A DNA stretch of 64,000 bases from Mobula hypostoma (lineage: Eukaryota), in assembly GCF_963921235.1 (NCBI RefSeq), contig NC_086108.1, forward strand, positions 38,318,001-38,382,000, read 5' to 3'. Below the pieces are notes generated by a model that was not told the origin of the DNA, ran no database searches, and was given only the letters and a program-made list of their open reading frames with translations. Below are positions 24,101 through 35,041 of this stretch, piece by piece (the first letter of the stretch is position 1; each line of letters opens with the position of its first letter). The position numbers and the translations under genes are program-made.

Positions 24101-25756
24101 CATTTGGAGAGGTATAATATGATTAGGAATAGTCAGCATGGTTTTGTCAAAGGCAGGTCGTGCCTTACAAGCCTGATTGAATTTTTTGAGGATGTGACTA
24201 AACACATTGATGAAGGAAGAGCAGTATATGTAGTGTATATGGATTTCAGCAAGGCATTTGATAAGGTACCCAATGCAAGGCTTATTGAGAAAGTAAAGAG
24301 GTATAGGATCCAAGGGAATATTGCTTTGCGGATTCAGAACTGGCTTGCCCACAGAGGTGGTTGTAGACGGGTCATATTCTGCATGGAGGTTGGTCACCAG
24401 TGGAGTGCATCAGGGATCTGTTCTGCGACCGTTCCTCTTCATGATTTTTATAAATAACCTGGATAAGGAAGTGGAGGGATGGGTTAGTAAGTTTGCTGAT
24501 GACACTAAGATTGGAGGTGTTGTGGATAGTGTGGAGGGCTGTCAAAGGTTACAACGGGACATTGATAGGATGCAAAGCTGGGCTGAGAAGTGGCAGATGG
24601 TGTTCAACCCAGATAAGTGTGAAGTGGTTCATTTTGGTAGGTCAAATAGGATGACAGAATATAATATTAATGGTAAGACTCTTGGCAGTGTGGAGGATCA
24701 GAGGGATCTTGGGGTCCAAGTCCATAGGACGCTCAAAGCAGGTTGATTCACAGGTGCGGTTAAGGCGGCGTACGGTGTATTGCCCTTCATCAATCGTGGA
24801 ATTGAATTTAGGAGCCAAGAGGCAATGTTGCAGCTATATAGGACCCTGGTCAGACCCCACTTGGAGTACCATGCTCAGTTCTGGTCGCCTCACTACATGA
24901 AGGATGTGGAAGCCATAGGAAGAGTGCAGAGGAGATTTACAAGGATGTTGCCTGGATTGGGGAGCATGCCCTATGAGAATAGGTTGAGTGAACTCGGCCA
25001 TTTCTCCTTGGAGTGACAGAGGATTAGAAGTGTATAAGATGACGAGAGGCATTAATCGCGTGGATCGTCAGAGGCTTTTTCCCAGGGCTGAAATGGTTGC
25101 CACAAGAGGACACAGGTTTAAAGTGCTGAGGAGTAGGTACAGAGGAGATGTCAGGGGTAAGTTTTTTACTCAGAGAGTGGTGAGTGCATGGAATGGGCTG
25201 CCAGCAACAGTGGTGGAGGCGAATACCATAGGGTCTTTTAAGAGATTTTTGGATAGGTACATGGAGCTTAGAAAAGTAGAGGGCTATGGGTAAGCCTAGT
25301 AATTTCTAAGATAGGGACATGTTCAGCACAAGTTTGTGGGCTGAAGGGCCTGTATTGTGCTGTAGGTTTTCTATGTTTCTATGAGCAGTATCTCAGAAAA
25401 TCAGCGTCCATTATTAAGAACCTCCAGCACCCAGAGCATGCCTTTTTCTCACTGTTATCATCAGGTGGGAGGTACAGAAGCCGAAGGCACACACTCAGCG
25501 ATTCAGTAACAGCCTCTTCCCCTCCACCATCCGATTCCTAAATGGACATTGAATCTTTGGACACTACCTCAATTTTAAAAAAAAATACAGTATTTCGGTT
25601 TTTGCACATTTTTAAAAATCTATTCAATATACGTAATTGATTACTTATTTATTATTATTTTTTCTCTGCTAGATTATGTATTGCATTGAACTGCTGCTAC
25701 TAAGTTCACAAATTTCACATCACATGCCGGTGATAACAAACCTGATTCTGATTCTG
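21193..25756 (+). mobile_element. Rex1-like 3' fragment (21193-21212 plus 25383-25756) hosting CR1-B
   Basis: TSD aagatc at 21187-21192 and 25757-25762; (ttctga)n tail; sequence caggacatctttagggag|cagtatctcagaaa is continuous across CR1-B. Confidence 0.8.
21213..25382 (+). mobile_element. Essentially full-length CR1 LINE (CR1-B), frameshifted: ORF1 zinc finger plus SGNH esterase; ORF2 APE endonuclease plus RT
   Basis: ICTRC zinc-finger half; VVIGDSIVR, GTND and DGLH esterase motifs; VAITETW, SDHN; PGPD, NYRPVSLTS, DFSKAFD, FADDTK; (tttctatg)n tail; TSD gagca at 21208-21212 and 25383-25387. Confidence 0.92.
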
Positions 25757-26094
25757 AAGATCACATATAGAAGGTTGGTCAAGAAGGTTCAGTTACTTAG
25801 CATTCAAGATGAGATAGTAAATTCAATTGACATTGGTTTTATGGAAGAAGCTAGAGAGTGGTAGGAGATGATCGCTTCCTTGACTGGAGGTCCATGATTG
25901 GTGGTGCACTGCAGGGATCAGTGCAGGAGCTACTGTAGTTTGTTATGTATATCAACAATCTGGTTGATAATGTGATAAACTGGATTAGCAAATCTGCGGA
26001 TGACACCAGGATTAGGGGTTTAGTGGATAGTGAGGAAGACTACCAAAGCTTGCAGCGTGATCTGGACCAACTGGGAAAATGGGCTGTAAAATGG

Positions 26095-26685
26095 TTAGAT
26101 TATGAGAACACTCAGTCCTCTTTTATTGTCATTTAGAAATGCATACATGCATTAAGAAATGATACAATGTTTCCCCGGCATGATATCACAGAAAACACAG
26201 ACCAGAGACTAACACTGACAAAACCACATAATTATAACATATAGTTACAGCAGTGCAAAGCAATACCATAATTTGATGAAGAACAGTCAGTAGAAAAACT
26301 AGTCTCTAAGTCCCCGAGTCGATCTACTCCTGAGTCCCCAATAGCAGCGACAAAAAGGAGAAACTCCCTGCCATAAACATCCAGGCTCCATCAACTTGCC
26401 GATACCTTCGAAACAGCCGACCCCAGCCGACCCTGAGTCCATCCGTCCGAAAACTCCGAGCTTCCGAGCAGCCTCTCTGATACAGCCTCCCGAGCGCCAT
26501 CCTCTGCCGAGCGCCTTTGACCTCTCCCCGGCCGCTGAAACACGCAAAGCCGAGGATTTCGAGGCCTTCAGCTCCAGAGATTCCGGTTACCACACAGTAG
26601 CAGTGGTAGCAAAGCAGACACTTCAGAAGTTTTCCAGATGTTCTGCTATGCACTCACGTTTGTCTCCAACAAATCAGAATTGTGC
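26095..26685 (-). mobile_element. Non-autonomous retroposon with (aatct)n tail, copy 2
   Basis: Reverse complement of most of 20327-20956; splits CR1-A at aaatgg|ctgatgg. Confidence 0.75.
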
Positions 26686-27205
26686 TGATGGATTTAATGC
26701 AGGTAAGTGTGAGGTGTTGAACTTTTGGAAAGTAAACCAGGGTAGGGCTTACAGTAATCAGTAAGGCATTGTGGATGCTGCCTGAGTTAAAGGAAAAGGT
26801 TGAACAGGTTCTGATTTTATTCTCTAGAGTGTAGAAGAATGAGAGGAGATTTGATATCAGTATACAAAATTATGAAGGTATAGATATGGTGAATGCAAGC
26901 AGGATTTTCCACTCGCTAGAACTAGAGATCATGGGTTAAGGGTGAAAGGTGAAATAATTAAGGGGAAGATGAGGTGGAACTTCTTCACTCAGAGGGTGGT
27001 GAGAGTGTGGAATGAGCTACTAGCGGAAGTGGTGCATGCGGGTTCAATTTCAACATTTCAAGAGAAATTTAGGTACATGGATGACAGGAGTATGAAGGGC
27101 TATGGTCTGGGTGCAGATCAATATGACTAGGCAGATTAATAGTTTGGTACAGATCAGATGAGCCAAAGGGCCTGTTTCTGTGCTGTCATGCTCTATGACT
27201 CCATG

Positions 27206-28400
27206 ACAGGTTCTTGAACATTTTTAGTCCCGCTGGACTTGGTCTTGATGAGCCAAATACCAAGCCAAATCTAATGCACCTGCAGCTTTTGGATGAGAGA
27301 GTTGTGGAGACTGGTTTGCCAAATGTGTGTTCTGGGATGGATGAAGTTCAGTCTGTCCATATCTGTGCAAGTGGGATTGGCTTCAGCAGTAACTCTTGAC
27401 TCAGGTCTTTGCTTTGATGGAACTACAGAAGGGTCTGTTGTGGATCTTTGCTGCTGTAGACTTTGACTTTAAATACCTGGACAATGTGAAAGACCTGTTG
27501 GCTGAGTGGTATGTGCAACTTCTCCTTGTAGAGCTGAAGCACTGTCTTTTTTTTAATAGCCGAAATGCTTTTGGACATATTCTTCAGTAAGATACATTGG
27601 CTGTTGTGATGGCAAGTCATGACTGGTTCTGGTTATAGACTCGCAACTGTCCTAGTCAGCTGGCGCTTCATGCACTTCTGCCTCTACTGAGGCAGCCTCA
27701 GCTTCACACTCTTCCTGGAGCACACTTAAAGTAACCTCTATATGTGCCCTCTCCAATTCTATATGTGCTTTCTCCACTTGCATCTCATTTTCACACTTAG
27801 CATAAACTGTTCTCAGTCTTGCAATTTCAGCTTTGGTGTGAAGTCGTGCTGCCACTAAGCTAGTTATGGCTCCATGAAGATGCGGTAGATGAGCAGCATT
27901 CTGATTTGGCCTCCAGGTCTTGATGATCAACATTGCTCAAGTCAGAAGCTGACATTATCGTCTACAGTGATCAGATGTGTCTCTAGTCCAGAAGACAGGC
28001 CGTGATACTGAGGCAGAATGATAGCCATGAAAAGTCGTCTTTTCACTCCACTGCACTCACTGTCTGTGTGAACACAGCTAAGCAGTGAGCTGAACAACTT
28101 CTTGAAAATCACCAGAGTCCAACGCTCTCTTTCAGGGTGTTTAAAAGAGATTTCTTTCTTGTGAAACCGTAGAGGGTTAAATAAAATGCTTATTAAATTT
28201 TGTACAGAATATTCACACACCTGAATATACTAATACTGTTGATCATTCTCACAATAGGTGTTAAACACGGTAATACACATACGTAACACTCCATATCTAT
28301 ACAGCGTAAACAAGAATAAACACACAGCACAAAGATAAACAGTATACTTTCTTCTAAGTGTGTTTACCAATATTACCAAAAACTTGAGACTCAGAGATAT
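27206..28400 (-). mobile_element. BEL/Pao remnant, 5' part (probable LTR and gag N-terminus)
   Basis: AARLHTKAEIARLR...EKAHIELERA...LQEECEAEAA coiled coil and DLAWYLA motif typical of BEL gag; continues at 14260 (LYLPWKSSF); left junction shares acag. Confidence 0.65.
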
Positions 28401-28974
28401 TGCTGTTTCAAAGGCAAATAGAGAGTGAATGGAGATGCATGTCTTTCCACTGTGAGCATCAAATCAAAATAAAAACTAACCCCCACAGGAAATGGTCTTT
28501 AAAACAGCTTATGTTTCGGAAGTGATGTTCATACAAAATGACCTGTGCCTCTGAGGCCAGAACAACTTGATTCATCTTTTCCTTGTGGCTGAAAGACTGT
28601 TCAGAAAGCTAGATTCTGTAGCTATCATTCTGCCTCAATGTCACGGCCTTTCTTCTGTTAAAGTACACATGGGTCTTTCTCGATAAAAGTGAGTTCACCT
28701 ATGGAATGCCCACAACTAGGAAAATCAACTGAATCCTTTGATTCACATTGGAATCTCCTTGCAAACTCCACACAAATTTCCCCATGCCCATGCTCTGTGT
28801 TATCTGTAAACTTGAATATAAAGCAGTTCGTCTCCTCCAGCCAAACTGTGAATAGGTGGAGTCCGAACACCAATCCCTATATTATCCCAACGGTAATCTC
28901 CAGACACTTGGAAAGGAGCCTGTTTATTTCTTTTCAATCAATTTTCAATCCATAAGATAAGCTTCTTTCAGTAC

Positions 28975-30785
28975 TTGGCCTTTCAGCCCCATTGAGTCTG
29001 CCCTACCATTCGATCATGGCTGAGTTTTATTTTCCAAGACCATTCTCCTGGCTTTTTCTGGACCCTCTTACCAATCTCAATCTCTATCAATCTCAACCTT
29101 AGATACAAACAATTACTTTGTCTCCAATGTCCTCTACGGCAATGAATTTCACAGATTCAATACACTTTAGAACATAGAAATTTACAGCATATTACAGACC
29201 CTTCGGCCTAGAATGTTGTGCTGACCATGTAACCTACTCTAAAGAATGCCTAGAATTTCCCTAGTGCATAGCCCTCTATTTTTTCTAAGCTCCAAGTACC
29301 TATCTAAGAGGCTCTTAAAAGACTCCATTGCATCCGCTTCCGCTGCTGCCGCCAGCAGTGCATTCCACACACCCACCACTCTCTGTGTGGAAAACTTACC
29401 CCTGACATCCCTTTGGTACCTATTTCCAAGCACCTTAAAACTATACCCCCTCGTGTTAGCTATTTCAGCCCTGGGGGCAAGCCTCTTGACTATCCACAAG
29501 ATCAAAGTTTCTCATCATCTTAAACACATGCATCAGGTCATCTCTCATCCTCTATCACTCAAAGGAGAAAAGGCCAAGAACACTCAACCTCTTCTCATTA
29601 GGTACGCCCTCCAATCCAAACAACACCCTTGTAAATCTTCTTGGCACTCTCTCTACAGTATCCACATCCTTCCTGTAGTGAGGTGACCAGAACTGAACAC
29701 AGTACACCAAGTGGGGTCTGACTAAGTTCTTATTTAGCCGTAACATTACTTCATGGCTCTTGAACTCAATCCCATGGTTGATGAAGGCCAATGCACTGTA
29801 TGCCTTCTTAACTGTCAATCTGCGCAGTTTTGAGTGCCCTAAGGACACAAACCCCAAGATCTTGTTGATACTCCACACTGCCAAGAGTCTTACCATTAAT
29901 ATTATATTCTGTCTTAAAATTAGACTACCAAAATGAATCACTTTACACTTATCTGGGATGAAGTCCATCTGCCACTTCTCAGCCCAGTTCTGCATCCTAT
30001 TGATGTCCCGCTGTAACCTCTGACAACCCTCCAAACTATCCTCAACACCCACAACTTTTGTGTCATCAGTAAACTTACTAACTCACCCTTCTACTTCCTC
30101 ATCCAGGTCATTTATAAAAATCATAAACAGAAGGGGTCCCAGAACAGATCCCTCCAAAACACAACTGGTCACGGACCTCCATGCAGAATACAAATTATCT
30201 ACAACCACCCTTTGCCTTCTGTGTGCAAGCCAATTCTGAGCAAGGTCTCCTTGGATCCGATACCTCCTTACTTCCTGAAGAAGCCTTGCATGGGGAACCT
30301 TATCAAATGCCTTACTGAAATCCATATACACTGCATCCACTGCTCTACCTTCATGAATGTGTTTTGTTACATCCTCAGTGAACTCAATTAGGCTCGTAAG
30401 GCATGACCTGCCCTTGACAAAGCCATGCTGACTATCCCTAATCAGATTATGTCTCTCCAAATGCTCTTTAATGGAACATGGCTATGCAGAACTCCAAGGT
30501 CTACTTACTTTGGCTGAAGAACTTCTTTCTTCATTGGTTTAAACAAGCAACTCTTTATTCTGAGGCCATGCCCTTGGAACCTAGACTTTCCTAATATTCA
30601 GGCCATTTAGAACCGGTAAATTTCAATGAAACCTCCCCCTTATGCTTCTGAGCATCAAGTATATCAAACACTTCTCATACGCATGTTCAGCCTTTCATTG
30701 CTGGGATCATTCTTCTGAGACTCCTCTGTGGTTTTCCGGGACCAGCTCCTCTTTCTTAAATACTGGGCCTAAAATTGCTCACAAT
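28975..30785 (-). mobile_element. CR1 3' fragment (29169-30466) nested in an older CR1 3' fragment
   Basis: [30 protein letters not shown] and VQFWSPHYRKD on the minus strand; the older CR1 3' UTR flanks both sides. Confidence 0.85.
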
Positions 30786-30786
30786 A

Positions 30787-31350
30787 CAAGTGGATTCTGG
30801 TTAATTGGGACACATTGGATCAGTATATTTTGGCCCAATTAAGCAGCTGCCCCAATTATCCGGAGTTTCATGGAAATAGTTAAAAATGTATAAAAACGAC
30901 AAACTACCATTTAACTGGGTAACAAATTATGCATTTAAATGAAATACAGAACAAGTTAGAGCACTACCAATATTACTACAGTGCTATTAACCTGCGTACT
31001 AATTCCTAATAGTTATTGACAGAGGAATTTATCCAGTGAACGCTGCCACACGTTTGATTGACTGTAAATGAAAAAATAATCAGTACAGGCACCGAGTGAA
31101 GATAATGGAATGCCTTCATATAATGCTATCAATGATTGCATCCTCCAAATCTTAATTTTCATGATTACATTCAAGATGATTGTTGATAACTTCAAATTCT
31201 TCGTAGTTCCTACCTTACTGAAGTCATGTAGTTGTTTAATTTTCACTCCTGGCTATTTCTGGCATCTCCAAGTCTAAATGCTTGAAACTGCAATGAGCAT
31301 TTCAGTTCTAAATTGTCTCACTGCTTATTTCTCACTAACTATCAGTGGCA
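30787..31350. mobile_element. Tigger/pogo-like DNA transposon fragment
   Basis: TA followed by caagtggattctggttaattgggac with a nearby sub-terminal inverted cccaattaa; second TIR not found. Confidence 0.5.
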
Positions 31351-32024
31351 CATGCCCTCATCCCACCAGTAACGGAAGACATGATCACCAGCTAACTAGG
31401 AGGATTCAAGCTATGCTTCACTTCAGCCCACTTTACTACCAGGTGGCAAGACCTCCAAAAAGAGATTGCAACCTGCAGTACCATCTCCCCCAGCAACACA
31501 CACAAACTACTGGAGGAACTCAGCAGGGCAGGCAACATCTACAGAAAAAATTAGTCAATGTTTCGGGCCAAGAATCATCTCCCCATTTTATTTGTCATGG
31601 GTATGAACCTCCTCATATCAGCAGCAGCAGACGTAACCTGAGGCCCAGTGTTGGAGCCCGGCATTGCACAAACTGCAATACAGGGGTTAATGGGTGACAT
31701 CACAGTAACCACTGTAACCCATGTCCAAGCAGGATGGGTATGGGAAAACCTGGACAACTACCTAGCTACCAGGGCTAGGATGACCTTCAAGGCCAGGAAG
31801 TCCAGATGCATAGTGATCAAAAAAGGGCAAGGTTACGAGCAAATTCAGTCTTCAAATACAGGGAGAAGTCATTCCATCCATCAGAGAACAAACCAGTAAA
31901 GTGCCTCAAAAAGCAGTTTAATGCCCAACAATGAACAGCAGCAACATCCCCGACACTGGAAAGCAGACCGAAGAGTGGCTGAAGAAGATTGATAAAACCG
32001 GACTCCCTGGTAAATTTAAGACAT

Positions 32025-33807
32025 TGTCATACGAGGCTGGCTGGGAACGGACCCAAGTGCAAGACAGAGACACTGAAGTACTAGGGACAGGACTAGGATA
32101 CAGGCTGAGGGCAAGGACGTGGATACGAAAACCGGGAACCCGGAACAGGACTGGACAAGAGAGCTAGGAGCCCGGGTTTGGACTCCGAGCCAGAGACTGG
32201 ACAAGGATCCAGTACCTGGGTCTTGCCTCTGGCTCGGACCCCAGAACTAGGCAAGGATGAGGCTTGGCAGGCAGGCAGGATGAGGCTGGAATCTTCTGGC
32301 TTGAGGCTAGAGGCGAGGCTTGGCAGGAGGCTGGAGTCTTCAGGCTTGAGGCTAGAAGCGAGGCTTGGCAGGAGGCTGGAGTCTTCAGGCTTGAGCCCGG
32401 GCTTGGACTCCGAGCCAGACACTGGACAAGGACCCAGTACCTGGGTCTTTCCTCTGGCTCAGACCCCAGAACTAGGCAAGGACGAGGCTTGGCAGGCAGG
32501 CAGGACGAGGCTGGAGTCTTCTGGCTTGAGGCTAGAGGCGAGGCTTGGCAGGAGGCAGGAGGCTGGAGTCTTCAGGCTTGAGCCCGGGCTTGGACTCCAA
32601 GCCAGAGACTGGACAAGGACCCAGTACCTGGGTCTTTCCTCTGGTTCGGACCCCAGAACTAGGCAAGGACAAGGCTTGGCAGGCAGGCAGGACGAGGCTA
32701 GAGTCTTCAGGCTTGAGGCTAGAGGCGAGGCTTGGCAGGAGGCAGGAGACTTGAGGCGAGGCTTGGCAGGAGGCAGGAGACTTGAGGCAAGGCTTGGCAG
32801 AAGGCTGGAGTCTTCAGGCTTGTGGCTAGGCAGGACGCTGGAGTCTTCAGGCTTGAGGCTAGGCAGGACGCTGGAGTCTTCAGGCTTGAGGCTAGGCAGG
32901 ACACTGGAGTCTTCAGGCTTGAGGCTAGGGCAGGAGGCTGGAGTCTTCAGGCTTGAGGCTAGGCAGGAGGCTGGAGTCTTCAGGCTTGAGGCTAGGCAGG
33001 AGGCTGGAGTCTTCAGGCTTGAGGCTAGGCAGGAGGCTGGAGTCTTCAGGCTTGAGGTTAGGCAGGAGGCTGGAGTCTTCAGGCTTGAGGCTAGGCAGGA
33101 GGCTGGAGTCTTCAGGCTTGAGGCTAGAGGCTAGAGACTTGAGGCGAGGCTTGGCAGGAGGCAGGAGGTGGAGTCTTCAGGCTAGAGGCTAGAGACTTGG
33201 CTTGGCAGGAGGAAGGAGACTTGAGGCTGGAGGCTCCTCCTGGGCAGGGCGCGGATCACCACCCAACGGAGGCAAGGGACAGGAAGGGACAGAAGGGACA
33301 GAACCAACCGTAGGTAACAGCAAGACGGCCTGGCTTACCGGACAGAGGCAAGGGACAGGAAGGGACAGAACCAACCGCAGGTAACGGCAAGACGGTCTGG
33401 CTTACCTGGGCGGAGGCAAGGGACAGGAAGGGAGCTAGGTATAGAATGGCTCCAGGACAAGACTGCAGGCGAGATGAGGCGAGAGTTACCAGCAAGACAA
33501 GGCAAGGCTTCAGGCAATGCAAGGCACAACGAGAACTTCAGGCAAGGCGAAAGTTACCGGCAAGACAAGGCAAGGCTTCAGGCAAGGAAACAGAAGGCAG
33601 ACGAAGGGATACAAGGAGTAAGGACAAGAACAATCCAGCAGACACGTCCTGGTCTCTGGAGGCATTTATGCAGCCAGCCCCAACAAGCATCAGCTGCCTC
33701 AATGAGCTCAACAAGAACAGAAACAGGGTAGATAGGAAAAACTGGAGCAAGGGTCGATGGACCGGACCGTGAACCGGAAAACAGACTTCACGGACTGGAC
33801 CATGACA
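32025..33807 (-). mobile_element. Solo LTR (Gypsy-type) with internal tandem-repeat expansion
   Basis: Termini TGTCAT...ATGACA; 5-bp TSD gacat at 32020-32024 and 33808-33812; removal restores the HERO frame; no retroviral ORF; orientation inferred from tgcacttgggtcc near the minus-strand 3' end. Confidence 0.8.
32165..33230. repeat. Minisatellite with 33-bp and 45-bp units and ~190-225 bp higher-order units
   Basis: Unit aggctggagtcttcaggcttgaggctaggcagg repeated about ten times at ~32800-33125; block gagcccgg.ttggactcc recurs near 32168, 32393 and 32580. Confidence 0.9.
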
Positions 33808-35041
33808 GACATGGCTGTACCAACATGGTCTTCTATCAAGGCTGCTCTGGTTTTTCACAGGGTACGAGTTCCCCATGACCATTGTATTAGCCACTGAGAG
33901 GAAAGTTAAAAAGCACATGCGGAGATGGTTGGGGATTCCCCCAAATTTTTCTTCAGTGGGGATCAGATCAGGCCAGCTACAGCTCACATTGTCATCAGCA
34001 GTGGAGGAGTTCAAGGTGGTAAAGTGTAGACTTATGTTAACACTGAGTGGCTCTGAAGACAAGCTAATAAATCAAGCAGGAGTCATAACAAGATTGGGCC
34101 AAAAGTGGTCTGACAACTCAGCCACAGACCAGGCAGTGAGCTCCCTGCAATTGAGAGAGATCATCGACAACGCGTGCTGGGATGGCAAGGCCTCAGCTCT
34201 GCATACTTCCAACAATGGGGGGCGGGGGGCGTGTATGTGCAAGGGATAGGCGTGACATGGTGAAGACAGGTATGAACCACGAGGGCAAAAGGCAGTTATC
34301 GAAGGCAGTGGAGATGGGGTTACATGGTGCCTGGATGAAATGGGATTTTCCCAAGCACAAGATCACTTGGACAGAGCTTTGGAAACTACAGCCCTTCCGC
34401 ATTTCTTTCCTCCTGCAGTCCGTGTACGACACTCTCCCTGCACCATCACAGCTGCACACGTGGGGCCTGAGAGAGAACCCTAACTGCAAGCTTTGTGGTC
34501 AGCAGTGTTCACTGGCACATGTGCTGTCAGGATACAAAACAGCTTTAACACAAGGACAGTATAGGTGGCACCACGACAAGGTCCTGCTGTCCCTTACTGA
34601 CACACTGAATTGGGAGAGGTGTAAAAGGAGACCAGCTGGCAGAGAGATAAACAGGGCAGTCATTTTCATCAAGGAGAGGACCACACCAGTCATATCAAAG
34701 AGGCCTAAATTCAATCTGTGGCAAACTGCCAATTCATGGGAGATGAAGCACCTTCAATTACTCCAAAAGACTGAGGTTTGGTAAAATACTGAAAGGCTTT
34801 TATTCGCTGTACAATACGACCTCCACAGTGAGTGTCTGCCCCCAGACTGAGGGGGAGGGGCAAGGGGAACACCTTTATACAGGACTCTGTGGGAGGAGCC
34901 ACAGGGTCAGTCAGCAGAGGTGTGTGTCCAGACAGGTAACCGAGTTACAACCTATATACATGGTTTACCACATTCACCCCTCCTTTTTTTAAAAAGAGTC
35001 CCGCGGGGTGAAGTGACTGACAATATTTACAGGAAGTATAT

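Larger units (their letters stand above)
14262..27205 (+). mobile_element. Older CR1 LINE (CR1-A) fragmented by nested insertions; pieces ~14262-16112, ~20020-20326, ~20957-21192, 25757-26094, 26686-27205
   Basis: Colinear ORF1 esterase (EQPEVVVHV), endonuclease (YYRPPNS, SDHN), RT (DKSIGP, KG...PG|NYRPV, KAFDKI|TYRRLV, SADDTR) and 3' tail ctatgactccatgac; reading continues across each insertion. Confidence 0.8.

Noticed and set aside
21213..25382. Active CR1
   Set aside because: Multiple frameshifts and stops in both ORFs
32800..33125. CRISPR-like array of 33-bp repeats
   Set aside because: No unique spacers, no cas genes, eukaryotic context
32178..33134. 318-aa ORF as a host gene
   Set aside because: Arises from stop-free tandem repeats inside a solo LTR; non-ATG start
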